NCBI GenBank assembly: GCA_046045965.1
Contig: JBJOKS010000038.1
Location: 1 to 36,977, forward strand
DNA: 36,977 nucleotides
Direction of reading: 5' to 3'
From: Cyanobacteriota bacterium
GTDB lineage: Bacteria; Cyanobacteriota; Cyanobacteriia; Cyanobacteriales; Nostocaceae
Shown here piece after piece: positions 18,823-28,435 of the stretch. Both the position numbers and the translations under genes were made by a program. How positions within the stretch are numbered: the stretch's first letter is position 1; the number at the start of each line of letters is the position of its first letter. The notes below the pieces were generated by a model, which was not told where the DNA came from, ran no database searches, and saw only the letters and a program-made list of their open reading frames with translations.

Positions 18823-18929
18823 TATAGCAGGTGACAGAGTGGAAAGTCTTTTTGTATCTTAGTTTTGTCAAGGGCTTACACCACGCTGCGCTATCATGTG
18901 ATGTCCTCAGCACCTTGGCGGTTGCTATA
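18823..18929. mobile_element. TATAGCA...TGCTATA MITE-like element
   Basis: 7-bp terminal inverted repeat; contains the small dispersed repeat GGCTTACACCACGCTGCGCTA, a variant of which is at 1602-1622. Confidence 0.55.
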
Positions 18930-18985
18930 CCAAGCAAGTTGGAATATTTTAGTATAGTTTGAGATTCATGGAACAGCCTATTAGT

Positions 18986-19046
18986 GTAGGGGCAGGTTCA
19001 GACATCTATTCAAAGTCATGGATACGATTTGTGATCCGGCCTCTAC
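18986..19046. repeat. Degenerate GTAG-type REP-like element (GTAGGGGC...GCCTCTAC)
   Basis: Imperfect terminal inverted repeat. Confidence 0.45.
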
Positions 19047-19560
19047 TGTTAATCCAAAATCTCAAATCCAAAATTCGTGTCATGAACTGTCCGCAGTTAT
19101 GCCCCTGAAAGAAAGGAGTATTTCTGCATTGCTTTAAGCTGGCTTATAAGCGATAAAATATTTGCTCAACAATGTGAACTGAGGATGATGTGAGTCAGTC
19201 TAAAGTAATTTTGGGTCTGATAAGTCAGGTTAGTTACATTATTAAACATAAATAATAGGTGAAGTTAATAAAACTTCACTCATTTTTGGTAACGCAATAT
19301 CAGCAATCAAGTCTTTTCACGATGGGAACTAACTTTCTTTTGTGGGTGGGGTAGGATTTTAAGTTTCCATCCTCAATCCCCAATTCTGCAACTGAAACCA
19401 GCATAAATACTCATTTTGTGCTGATGAAAATGTTCAGAAGTGTGGAGCAAGTTAAAGGATTAGACATCTCTCTGGGGAATGATTACAGCCTGTGGTTTGA
19501 TTAATTTTTCACAACTGCGATCGCTTGATTTATGAATTTTTATTACAAAACCTGAATTTA

Positions 19561-19574
19561 GTATTGTAAGTTAC
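19561..19574 (+). promoter_or_regulatory. NtcA site in repressor position for gifA
   Basis: GTA-ttgtaagt-TAC lies only 11 nt upstream of the -10 box TAATAT (19586-91). Confidence 0.8.
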
Positions 19575-19650
19575 AGAATTTTTGGTAATATAAATATGTG
19601 AAGGAAAAAAATTAATCATCTATTAGTAAAAAACTAGAGAGGATCGAACT

Positions 19651-19851
19651 ATGTCTATTCAAGAAAAATCTCGTGCGTTAATGGTACGTCAACATCAGCA
19701 AGTTAAGAATCGTCAACAATCCATGCTGATGCGTGCTACACAGGAACTCGGTCTTCCCGCAGAATTATGCCACTATTGGAACCCCATTCAAGGGAAGGTA
19801 GATCCGACTACACAAACCCTTTACAGCAGCAGTCATGCTTCCATGAGTTAA
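19651..19851 (+). CDS. gifA: Glutamine synthetase inactivating factor IF7
   Basis: MSIQEKSRALMVRQHQQVKNRQQSMLMR matches IF7; convergent with glnA. Confidence 0.95.
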   Translation: MSIQEKSRALMVRQHQQVKNRQQSMLMRATQELGLPAELCHYWNPIQGKVDPTTQTLYSSSHASMS

Positions 19852-19889
19852 TATTTGTGCTTGAGTGCGAGTCTCAAAACAATGAATAC

Positions 19890-19916
19890 AAAAAAAGCCA
19901 CCTGTGAGGGTGGCTT
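19890..19916 (-). terminator. Intrinsic terminator for glnA
   Basis: AAGCCACC-tgtgag-GGTGGCTT hairpin with an A7 tract on the left (U-tract on the minus strand). Confidence 0.75.
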
Positions 19917-19938
19917 AAATATTTGAGATTACAAATTG

Positions 19939-20036
19939 TATAGCAGTAGAAAGAGTAGTTGGGACATCAATGAATCATAAAACGCTTACTAAAAAAAGGT
20001 TTTACTTATGACTCCTGATTCCTGACTCCTGCTATG
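19939..20036. mobile_element. TATAGCA-ended MITE-like element with ACTCCTG STRR, between the glnA stop and its terminator
   Basis: TATAGCAG ... CTGCTATG termini. Confidence 0.5.
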
Positions 20037-20037
20037 A

Positions 20038-21471
20038 TTAGCAATCGTAATATAAGAAGAATTCGTAGGGATGTGGACGCAACTGCATTTGCTTAACTTC
20101 ATTAGCAAGCTTGTAGTCAATCCAGTTTTGGATGAAATCTTCTGAGAACACACCAGTTTCGGTTAAGAAAGCGTGGTCATTTTCCAGTGCTTCTAAAGCC
20201 AATTCCAAAGAACCAGGAGTAGAAGGAATCTTAGCTAGTTCTTCTGGAGAAAGTTCATAGATATTCTTATCTAAGGGTTCACCAGGATGGATTTTGTTCT
20301 TAATACCATCAATACCAGCGCAAAGCATAGCCGCAAACGCTAAATAGGGGTTAGAAGTAGCATCAGGACAACGGAACTCTAACCGTTTAGCTTTGGGGTT
20401 ATTACCAGACAGAGGAATACGTACAGAAGCAGAACGGTTTCCTTGGGAGTAAGCCAAGTTTACTGGTGCTTCATAACCAGGTACAAGACGTTTGTAAGAG
20501 TTTGTAGTGGGGTTGGTGATAGCCAATAAAGCAGGTGCGTGTTTGAGGATACCACCGATGTAGTAAAGTCCCATTTCGCTCATGCCGGCGTACTTGTCAC
20601 CAGCAAAGAGGGGTTGACCACCTTTCCAGATAGACTGGTGACAGTGCATACCAGAACCGTTATCACCAAAAATAGGTTTAGGCATGAAAGTAACGGTTTT
20701 GCCGTATTTTCTCGCCACGTTCTTGATGACGTATTTGTAAGTCATCAACCAGTCAGCAGCTTCGATGAGTTTACCAAAGCGGAAACCGAGTTCGCACTGA
20801 CCACCGGTAGCAACTTCGTGGTGCTGTTTTTCAATAGGTACGCCACAGTCTTTCATCGTTAGCAGCATTTCTGTCCGCATATCTTGAAAGGTGTCTGTTG
20901 GTGGCACTGGGAAGTAACCTTCTTTGAAGCGGGTTTTGTAGCCCAGGTTAGGACCATCTACTTCACCATTTTTACCCTTTCTACCAGTGTTCCAACGACC
21001 TTCAACAGAGTCTACATGATAGTAGCCTTCGTTGGCGGTTTGGTCGTAACGGACATCATCAAAAATGAAGAATTCAGCTTCAGGACCAAAGTAAGCAGTG
21101 TCGCCAAGTCCGGTAGAAGCTAGATAGTCAATTGCTTTTTGGGCAATTACACGGGGGCAACGATTATACCATTCGCCTGTGCGGGGTTCTTTAATACTAC
21201 AAATGATACTTAGAGTTGGCTCTTTCATGAATGGGTCGATCCAAGCAGTGTTAGGATCAAGTACCATTGTCATGTCAGATTCTTCGATACCTTTCCAACC
21301 CCGAATACTAGAACCGTCGAAAGGTACGCCATCAGAGAATGAACTTTCATCAATTTGGTCCTGGTACATGGTCAAATGCTGCCAAGTCCCTGGTGTATCA
21401 ATGAATTTCAAATCAATCATCTGAATGTTTTTGTCTTGAATCATTTTCAAGACTTCTTTTGGGGTTGTCAT
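20038..21471 (-). CDS. glnA: Glutamine synthetase type I
   Basis: [41 protein letters not shown] and RLEFRCPD motifs. Confidence 0.99.
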   Translation of the reverse strand: MTTPKEVLKMIQDKNIQMIDLKFIDTPGTWQHLTMYQDQIDESSFSDGVPFDGSSIRGWKGIEESDMTMVLDPNTAWIDPFMKEPTLSIICSIKEPRTGEWYNRCPRVIAQKAIDYLASTGLGDTAYFGPEAEFFIFDDVRYDQTANEGYYHVDSVEGRWNTGRKGKNGEVDGPNLGYKTRFKEGYFPVPPTDTFQDMRTEMLLTMKDCGVPIEKQHHEVATGGQCELGFRFGKLIEAADWLMTYKYVIKNVARKYGKTVTFMPKPIFGDNGSGMHCHQSIWKGGQPLFAGDKYAGMSEMGLYYIGGILKHAPALLAITNPTTNSYKRLVPGYEAPVNLAYSQGNRSASVRIPLSGNNPKAKRLEFRCPDATSNPYLAFAAMLCAGIDGIKNKIHPGEPLDKNIYELSPEELAKIPSTPGSLELALEALENDHAFLTETGVFSEDFIQNWIDYKLANEVKQMQLRPHPYEFFLYYDC

Positions 21472-21577
21472 TTTTACTGTACTCCTTCTGTAGCCGATTA
21501 CCTAATATAAAGCCAGAACCTGCCCAAGCATCCTCACCCTGTTACGCTAACCCAAGTTGTCACACACCACCTGGAAT

Positions 21578-21620
21578 ATCGTAAATAGTTGACTTGACAT
21601 GATGTTGTGGTTTTTGTTAC
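21578..21620 (-). promoter_or_regulatory. NtcA-activated glnA promoter (GTA-acaaaaac-CAC, N23, TACGAT)
   Basis: Class II NtcA promoter geometry with one mismatch in the right half-site. Confidence 0.7.
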
Positions 21621-21845
21621 AGATCGTCTGGATTACAGGTTATATTAACCTTTCTTTCTGAATCTGCACAAAACAAGAAACTTCATCTTAACGGGGTCAA
21701 CTTTGGCATAGAATCCTTAAGTAGTGGTATGGATGGTTTTGTGCCGTATCTATTTTTTTATGTGAATGGCACAAAATTCTACTGGTGCATGAGTGCAACC
21801 AAATTAATATCAAATCATAGATAGTAACGATTGGGAGAAACCAGA

Positions 21846-22355
21846 ATGCGCGATGCAGTTACAACTTTAATTAAGAATTATGACGTAGCCGGAAAATATT
21901 TTGACCGGAATGCGATTGATAGCCTCAAGTCTTACTTTGAAACTGGTACAGCTAGAGTGCAAGCCGCAGCAGCGATTAATTCTAATGCGGCAGCTATTGT
22001 GAAGCAAGCTGGTTCTAAGCTATTTGAAGAACTACCAGAATTGATTCGTCCTGGTGGTAATGCTTATACAACTCGTCGCTTTGCTGCTTGTTTACGAGAT
22101 ATGGACTATTATCTCCGCTACGCTACCTATGCGCTAGTCGCTGGTAATATGAATGTGTTGGATGAGCGTGTGTTGCAAGGTTTACGGGAAACTTACAATT
22201 CTTTGGGTGTACCTATTAGTCCTACTGTTCGCGGTATCCAAATTATGAAGGATATTGCTAGAGAGCAAGCTGCATCTGCGGGTATTACTAATACTGCGTT
22301 TGTGGATGAGCCTTTTGATTATATGACTCGTGAGTTGAGTGAACAGGATGTTTAA
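21846..22355 (+). CDS. apcF: Allophycocyanin beta-18 subunit
   Basis: MRDAVTTLIKNYD...PGGNAYTTRRFAACLRDMDYYLRY; divergent from glnA; ATG at 21846. Confidence 0.96.
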   Translation: MRDAVTTLIKNYDVAGKYFDRNAIDSLKSYFETGTARVQAAAAINSNAAAIVKQAGSKLFEELPELIRPGGNAYTTRRFAACLRDMDYYLRYATYALVAGNMNVLDERVLQGLRETYNSLGVPISPTVRGIQIMKDIAREQAASAGITNTAFVDEPFDYMTRELSEQDV

Positions 22356-22446
22356 TTAGATGAGTTAGCGAAGCGATTAGAAATATATATCTGCCAAGCT
22401 ACGCTTCTACACAAACAAAAATTGCCTGCGCGGACTCAATGATGAT

Positions 22447-22486
22447 CGCACCTTGGCTTTCTTGACAAGGTGCGGTTACTTTTTTT
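22447..22486 (+). terminator. Probable apcF terminator
   Basis: CGCACCTTG...CAAGGTGCG hairpin followed by a T7 tract after 5 nt. Confidence 0.6.
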
Positions 22487-22843
22487 AATGCCAAAGATGA
22501 GTTAGGCTTTAAGCTTTTTCCCTAGAAAATACTTAAATTTTTGTAAAATATTTGACCAAATAGATAATAATTCTTCAGGTTATTTCCATAGAGAGCAACA
22601 CGATGACGGCTTTTAATTATTGATTAGGATTAATAAGATTTTGGTGTCAACCGTACAAAAATATCACTACCTTTTAAACATAAATAAATCAAAAATTTAG
22701 TAAAATGATATCATGAAAACGCTGAGGCGCAAACGCCTCAATAGGCTTTCATCCCTGCTATCAAGTACGATTGAATCTCTTCGCCAAGCTACGAGACTCA
22801 ACCTCAAGGGTTTTCAGCCTACTTCCTTATAAATAGCATAACT

Positions 22844-23059
22844 GTCAGAAACCCCACGGCTAAAGCCGGGGGCTTGAAAAAGCCTATCTGACCAGCCTAA
22901 GTCTTAATTGACTACGTTTAAGGCAAGAGTTAAAAGACCTACCAGAGAATGCTCCCGCTAGTTCCCTGCTCTAGAACCGAACTGTTAAACATCTGTACAA
23001 GGGTTAAGGAAGTGCAGTTTGGATAGTTACCGGCCTTAAACATTGGCGAAGCTAACATT
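22844..23059 (+). ncRNA. HEARO / IscB omega-RNA scaffold
   Basis: Characteristic blocks TGACCAGCCTAAGTC..GACTACGTT, ACCTAC..GAATGC..GCTAGTTCC.TGCTCT, GTTAAACA..GGGTTAAGG.AGTG and AACATTGGCGAAGC.AACATT, recognised from memory of the family. Confidence 0.8.
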
Positions 23060-23153
23060 TGATATCGCTACCAAAATGGGGAGAATTACAGGCATTAGCT
23101 ACAAATATTGTTCAGCAATTCATAAAAAGGATGGATATAGTTATGCATTTTGA
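23058..23153 (+). pseudogene. iscB: Last 31 codons of IscB
   Basis: FDIATKMGRITGISYKYCSAIHKKDGYSYAF* matches the cyanobacterial IscB C-terminus (...HKxDGYSY). Confidence 0.8.
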
Positions 23154-23234
23154 AGCAATTCTGACGGCGATTAAAATTGCCTGCGCCTTCCCCCCATTTT
23201 TAAAGCCAGGGGCTTCCACGGCGCGAGGTGTTTG

Positions 23235-23729
23235 GTGATTGACCCTCTGTTTTGGCTGGGACTATCCATCCTCTTAGTCGCTGCTAGTCTCACTGCTGTT
23301 TTAGTGGCAGCTATACCCGCTTTACAGGAGTTAGCACGCGCCTCGCGTAGTGCCGAAAAGTTTTTTGATATTCTTTCAAGGGAGTTACCGCCCACTCTCA
23401 AAGCCATCCGTAATACCAGTTTAGAAATAACAGACTTAACAGATGATGTTAGTGAAGGTGTCAAAAGTGCTGGTCAAGTCGTTAAACAAGTAGATCAAAG
23501 TCTCGATCATGCCAAAAAACAAGCTCAGAATATTCAAGTCAGCACACGCAGTCTCGTAGTTGGTGTGAAAGCTGCCTGGAAAACCTTCACGCGCCAACAA
23601 CCTGCTAGACGAAGCCCTGAACGCTTACCCATGAATGAAAAACCAGAGCTGACCCTGCGAGAACGAGAGCAGAGGAGCAGGGGAGCAGGGGAGCAGAGGA
23701 GCAGGGAGAGAATAACAACTGACAACTGA
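23235..23729 (+). CDS. DUF948-like membrane-anchored protein
   Basis: GTG start giving MIDPLFWLG; N-terminal TM helix and coiled coil; STRR-derived tail. Confidence 0.75.
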   Translation: MIDPLFWLGLSILLVAASLTAVLVAAIPALQELARASRSAEKFFDILSRELPPTLKAIRNTSLEITDLTDDVSEGVKSAGQVVKQVDQSLDHAKKQAQNIQVSTRSLVVGVKAAWKTFTRQQPARRSPERLPMNEKPELTLREREQRSRGAGEQRSRERITTDN

Positions 23730-23835
23730 CATGAGATTAGAGTAAAGTAAAGAAGTGTAAAGAAGTATCACTTTTCTCGTACTCTTTAAAAAGCACTTGT
23801 TCACGTTTGCCGTTAATATTTGTATAAAAAATTCC

Positions 23836-24645
23836 ATGCAGCGTTGTTTTTGGCGACAAATTTTGGTATCCATTGCAGTATTTTTCTTTGCTGGAGCAAT
23901 TTGGGCGGTTCATTCACCATCAGCCCTAGCTTATGAAAATGCTGACTTACTACCTGACACATTTACCCCAGTTGTCGATTTAGCGAAAACTCTCCCCGAC
24001 CCCCAAGAAGAAAACCTGGTCAAAGAGTTAGAACAGTTTGAAACTGATACTGGCTGGAAATTGCGAGTATTAACCCAGTATGACCGCACTCCTGGAAGAG
24101 CAGTAATCAAATATTGGGGTTTGGATGACAAAAGTATTCTCTTGGTTGCAGATGCCCGTGGTGGTAATATTCTCAGTTTTAGTGTGGGTGATGCAGTTTA
24201 TGAACTTTTACCCCGTACATTCTGGATTGAACTACAAACCCGTTTTGGTAACTTGTACTTTGTGCGCGAACAAGGGGAAGACCAAGCTATCCTACAAGCT
24301 TTAGATTCGGTTAAAGGCTGTTTACTCAAAGGTGGTTGTAATGTCGTTCCTGGACTACCAAGGGAACAGTGGATACTCACCGTCATTACCTCAGCTATTG
24401 GTGGCATTATTTGTGGCTTTGCTGCTCAACCCCGCAATGATAAACAAGTTTTTGCTTGGCAATGGGCGTTAATTTTTTCACCTTTGTGGGGAATTTTGTT
24501 TATTGCCTTCGGTATTGCTCCAGTCATAACCCGTACTAGCGATTGGGTTCCTCTGGTTCGCAATATTTCCGCTTTTTTGATTGGGGTTTTGGTAGCTTAT
24601 CTATCTCCAGGTTTCAGTCGTCCTCCTTCTAGTAGCGAATCTTAG
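23836..24645 (+). CDS. TPM-domain membrane protein
   Basis: Signal peptide, TPVVDLA...FETDTGWKLRVLTQ and C-terminal TM helices. Confidence 0.85.
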   Translation: MQRCFWRQILVSIAVFFFAGAIWAVHSPSALAYENADLLPDTFTPVVDLAKTLPDPQEENLVKELEQFETDTGWKLRVLTQYDRTPGRAVIKYWGLDDKSILLVADARGGNILSFSVGDAVYELLPRTFWIELQTRFGNLYFVREQGEDQAILQALDSVKGCLLKGGCNVVPGLPREQWILTVITSAIGGIICGFAAQPRNDKQVFAWQWALIFSPLWGILFIAFGIAPVITRTSDWVPLVRNISAFLIGVLVAYLSPGFSRPPSSSES

Positions 24646-24646
24646 C

Positions 24647-24745
24647 TAATTGGTAATTGGTAATTGGTAATTGGTAATTGGTAATTGGTAATTGGTTAAA
24701 ATATTTTCCCCATCCCAATCCCCAATCCCCAATCCCCTATTCCCT
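24647..24745. repeat. STRR (TAATTGG)x7 followed by an oppositely oriented (CCCCAAT)-type tract
   Basis: Seen directly. Confidence 0.85.
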
Positions 24746-24793
24746 ACCTTGTGATGATAAGCTGAAAGCTGATATGTGAGAAGCTTAACAGCA

Positions 24794-25423
24794 ATGGAAT
24801 GGCACGTAACTGATGCTCAAAGCTTGGCAATCATTGATAGTGAAATTGGCGATCATGTCTTTTCACCAGCAGAGTATGAGATAGTCCGGCGAATAATATA
24901 CGCCACGTCTGATTTTGAGTACAAGTCTTTGATTCGCTTTTCGGAACACGCTTTACAAGCTGGAGCAGCAGCACTGGCAGCACGTACTACTATTGTGGTA
25001 GATGTGCCAATGGTACAAGTTGGTATTGCTTACGATATTCAAAACACCTTTGCCAACCCGGTGTATTGCAGTATGGAAGCTCTGACCCGTCCCCAAAAAG
25101 AAAGAACTCGCTCTGCTTGGGGGATTGAAACTCTGGCCAAGCGGTATCCAGAGGGAATTTTTGTGGTCGGTCAAGCCCAAACTGCTTTAACTGCACTTGT
25201 TGATTTAATTGAAGCGGAAGAAATTCGACCAGCTTTGATTATTGCTACACCAGCAGGATTTATCAATGTGGATACTGATAAAGAACGGTTGCAAGAATCT
25301 TTAGTACCTTATATTACTATTGACAGTCGTAAAGGTAATGCGGTGGTAGCATCTGCTATTGTTGATGGTTTGGTTGATTTAGCTTGGCAAGCCTATGGTC
25401 AAGAGAGAAGTGGGGTAAGTTAA
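24794..25423 (+). CDS. Precorrin-8X methylmutase (CobH/CbiC) family protein with an atypical active site
   Basis: SLAIIDSE, RRIIYATSDF, IVVDVPMV, IRPALII and RKG motifs align with CobH. Confidence 0.85.
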   Translation: MEWHVTDAQSLAIIDSEIGDHVFSPAEYEIVRRIIYATSDFEYKSLIRFSEHALQAGAAALAARTTIVVDVPMVQVGIAYDIQNTFANPVYCSMEALTRPQKERTRSAWGIETLAKRYPEGIFVVGQAQTALTALVDLIEAEEIRPALIIATPAGFINVDTDKERLQESLVPYITIDSRKGNAVVASAIVDGLVDLAWQAYGQERSGVS

Positions 25424-25522
25424 ATTTTTAGGGTGTGGGGTGTGGGGCTAGTAACTGAAAAAATTCACAATTTTGAACTACTGTTCTATTCTCACTGTCA
25501 CCTGTCACCTGTCAACTGTCAC

Positions 25523-26227
25523 CTAATAATCATCATCGTCTCTGTATTTTTGTGGTTCTGGACGACGGCGACGTGGTTTTTCCTGTTGGTTTTCTCGTAA
25601 GCGAAGACTGACTTCATTAAAGAAATCCTCTCGCACGTAGGGATAGTCACTTACCCAGAGGTTACGACTGGGGATGTAGATGTTGCTAAATTCTTCGATG
25701 CTGCTTAAATCTGGGCTATTTGACATGACTATCATTTCTGCGATTTGACCACGAGCGATCGCTTTATGAGCAGGACGTAATGGGGCATCAAATTCTACAG
25801 TAAACCCTGTGTTATCACCCAGTTCTAAGTTAATCCGTTTTTCGCGGTTTTCGATAATTACCAACTCGCCTTTATTGTTGACAGTTTCTTGTTTACCTGT
25901 CAATTTATCTGTAATCCACCAATCTAGCACTCGTCCACGGAAAAAGCCGCTGTACTTGTAACGGCGGCATTTTGCATTGCGAATACTGGCTTGAAATACG
26001 GGATACCACAACCAAAAAAAAGCACCAAATACCCCGAAGGTGAAAATTAACCCAAAATCCAGCTTCAAAAAGATTCTGACCAGAAAAATTACAACTACAG
26101 TCACTACAGAAATTAATAGCCGCTGTAAAAAACTGTTAAATTTTCCCCAGTAGTATTTATACTGTGAACCACTGGCAATAAGAGGTATGATTTGTTCAAA
26201 TTTTTGGCGAGTCAGTGGAACAAGCAT
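25523..26227 (-). CDS. Conserved hypothetical membrane protein (2 TM)
   Basis: 234-aa ORF with two hydrophobic segments, in line with dapB. Confidence 0.8.
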   Translation of the reverse strand: MLVPLTRQKFEQIIPLIASGSQYKYYWGKFNSFLQRLLISVVTVVVIFLVRIFLKLDFGLIFTFGVFGAFFWLWYPVFQASIRNAKCRRYKYSGFFRGRVLDWWITDKLTGKQETVNNKGELVIIENREKRINLELGDNTGFTVEFDAPLRPAHKAIARGQIAEMIVMSNSPDLSSIEEFSNIYIPSRNLWVSDYPYVREDFFNEVSLRLRENQQEKPRRRRPEPQKYRDDDDY

Positions 26228-26362
26228 ATTTTAGAATTTAGAATTTAGAATTTAGAATTTGGATAGGAAAAATCGCAAATCGAAAATTTATCACATAAAT
26301 ATCAATGGGCAGGGTAATCAGGATATCAATATAATTCTGAAAACAGAGTACACATTTATTTT

Positions 26363-26410
<48 letters not shown>

Positions 26411-26413
26411 TTC

Positions 26414-27250
26414 TTACAGTATTTTTTCTAATCCATATACTAATGACTTTAGCTGGTTGACTTTGCGAATTGCTAGTAGGACTCCGGGCATATAGCAGGA
26501 GCGATCGCTGGTATCATGGCGTAAGGTGTAAATCTGCCCTGCTGCGCCGAAAATGACTTCCTGATGGGCAATTAATCCTGGTAAGCGTACACTATGAATT
26601 CTAATCCCTTCGTCGGCTAAAGAGCCTCTTGCTCCTGCTATTTTTTCTGTTTCTTCAACTTGAGGGACGTTAAAAGTTTTACCTAATTCTGCTAATAATT
26701 GCGCTGTTTGAATGGCTGTACCGCTTGGTGCGTCGGCTTTTTGGTTGTGATGTAGTTCGATAATTTCTACATGATCAAAATATTGGGATGCGGTGACTGC
26801 GGCTTGTTGTAGCAGTACCATACCAATGGAAAAATTAGGAATTAGTAAACAACCTGTACTCGCTTTTTCAGCAAAATCTGTCAAATTTTGAATTTGTTCA
26901 AGACTTAAACCCGTGGTTCCCACTACTGGACGAATACCATAGGCGATCGCACTCCGCACATTATCATAAACCGCATCAGGATGGGTAAAATCTACCATTA
27001 CCCCTGGTTGTAGCTGTCTTTCCCCTGCTACATAACCTAACATTGGCTCTAGTTGATTGGTAATTGGAACTTCCAAAGGTTCGCTTAAACCTGCCAGTTC
27101 TCCTGCGTCCTTGTCTTGATGTTCCGGTGAGGTATCGAGAGCGCCCATTAAAATCATATCCGGTGCTTGGGCTACCGCTTTGATGACTTCACGTCCCATT
27201 TTACCAGCTGCACCATTGACAATTACGGGGATGGTAGATTGATTGGTCAT
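26414..27250 (-). CDS. dapB: 4-hydroxy-tetrahydrodipicolinate reductase
   Basis: GAAGKMG, VDFT, GTTG, PNFSIG and [15 protein letters not shown] motifs; ATG at 27250. Confidence 0.97.
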   Translation of the reverse strand: MTNQSTIPVIVNGAAGKMGREVIKAVAQAPDMILMGALDTSPEHQDKDAGELAGLSEPLEVPITNQLEPMLGYVAGERQLQPGVMVDFTHPDAVYDNVRSAIAYGIRPVVGTTGLSLEQIQNLTDFAEKASTGCLLIPNFSIGMVLLQQAAVTASQYFDHVEIIELHHNQKADAPSGTAIQTAQLLAELGKTFNVPQVEETEKIAGARGSLADEGIRIHSVRLPGLIAHQEVIFGAAGQIYTLRHDTSDRSCYMPGVLLAIRKVNQLKSLVYGLEKIL

Positions 27251-27387
27251 ATTTCCTGCAAATGCGTTTTTAGTCATTTTACTTATATCTTGCACCAGTC
27301 CTGACAAATGGGTGAGATTGGATGATCAGGAACCAATATCAAAAGTCTGATGGAGAGGACTGGGTAACATGAGGTTTTAAGCCTTTT

Positions 27388-27738
27388 TTATGATAAATTC
27401 TGGGTTTGAGAATCTGTGTTTTCGGGATCAGATGGGTTTGTCCGTTTTATGGCTTGACTTTCGCGTTGAGTAGCATCTACTCCAGCAGCGATCGCTTCTC
27501 GTAGTCTCTCTAAGGTATCATCCCAGTTTCGCAATGCGCTGGCAGAAAGCCGATCTGCTTGAATTTGCACACTTGTTGATATATCTTCTGCCAACTCTGG
27601 TAAGGCATCGGCTGATTTTTTCAAAAGTTTACGTGTTTCCCTCCCTGTGCGGGGAGCAGCGAGCAAGCTGGTTAAAGCACCAATAGTAGCTCCCAGCATC
27701 AAGCCGCCAATAAATATTCCAGAACGATTATTAGACAT
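27388..27738 (-). CDS. YtxH-domain protein
   Basis: FIGGLMLGATIG...LLAAPRTGRETR signature. Confidence 0.88.
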   Translation of the reverse strand: MSNNRSGIFIGGLMLGATIGALTSLLAAPRTGRETRKLLKKSADALPELAEDISTSVQIQADRLSASALRNWDDTLERLREAIAAGVDATQRESQAIKRTNPSDPENTDSQTQNLS

Positions 27739-27896
27739 TTTGATTGTTTATCTCCATACACTTATTTTAGGTGTGTTTTATCCTCTGGCAATAGTGAAAG
27801 GATTTGATCTGGTGAAAGAAGAGGACAAAAGCAGCGTGGTGTAAGCCATTGATAAAACTTAGATCCCAAAAGACTTTTCATACTGTCACTTGTCAC

Positions 27897-28199
27897 CTAT
27901 AACCTGTCCCCTGACCTCTGCCAAATTTTTCTTCCTAGTTGGATGAGGTTGAGAATTTGCCTCACTTGTTGAATTTGCAGTTTGAGGTTTTGGTGTTTTT
28001 GCCGCAAGTTATAAATTTGCTCCTGCCCTGTATAAATGTTTTCTGGTGCTGTATACAGTGCTGTATGAATAGCACCTTCATAGCTGTTTAACCTGTCTGC
28101 TAAGATTCCCAGCTTGTGCTTAAGTTGCCATAGCTGCCAAGCTATGTAGAGAAGCATTAGTGAGATGAGGATGTTAATTAGGACAACTATTGTTACCAT
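27897..28199 (-). CDS. Hypothetical membrane-anchored protein
   Basis: N-terminal TM helix and coiled coil; GGTAAG before the ATG. Confidence 0.7.
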   Translation of the reverse strand: MVTIVVLINILISLMLLYIAWQLWQLKHKLGILADRLNSYEGAIHTALYTAPENIYTGQEQIYNLRQKHQNLKLQIQQVRQILNLIQLGRKIWQRSGDRL

Positions 28200-28435
28200 T
28201 TTAACTTACCTTTGGGGGTGAAAGTCCCCTGCTTCTACAAGCAGCGGGTTTTGCGTGAGGGTAAAATCCCCGTTGCCAAACGTAATTCTGCATTCTAAAT
28301 TCTAAATTCTTCATTCTTTTAATATTTACAGAAATTACAGCAGTTTTTGTTGCTGTAGTTTTAACTTCAATTATTTAGCATTCAGTTAAACTACACTTAA
28401 AAAGGTAATCCTAGAAAATATTCATTTGCAAATAG

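Larger units (their letters stand above)
22844..23234 (+). mobile_element. Non-autonomous IS200/IS605 IscB-type element with an internal deletion
   Basis: Starts with GTCA; subterminal CCCC..TAAAGCC.GGGGCTT motifs at both ends (22852-75 and 23191-215); HEARO-like body; IscB tail; followed by GTGA. Confidence 0.85.

Noticed and set aside
19047..19560. Possible glutamine riboswitch or sRNA upstream of gifA (hairpins at 19321-19371 and 19400-19424)
   Set aside because: No glnA-motif consensus seen, and the hairpins lie upstream of the NtcA-repressed promoter.
20539..21424. Plus-strand ORFs within glnA
   Set aside because: Antisense shadows of a highly codon-biased gene.
23171..23873. Minus-strand ORFs over the DUF948-like gene
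   Set aside because: Antisense shadows, partly built from STRR and transposon-end sequence.
25523..26227. Calling this ORF a phosphate ABC permease
   Set aside because: Only two TM segments, no EAA motif and no ABC partners nearby.
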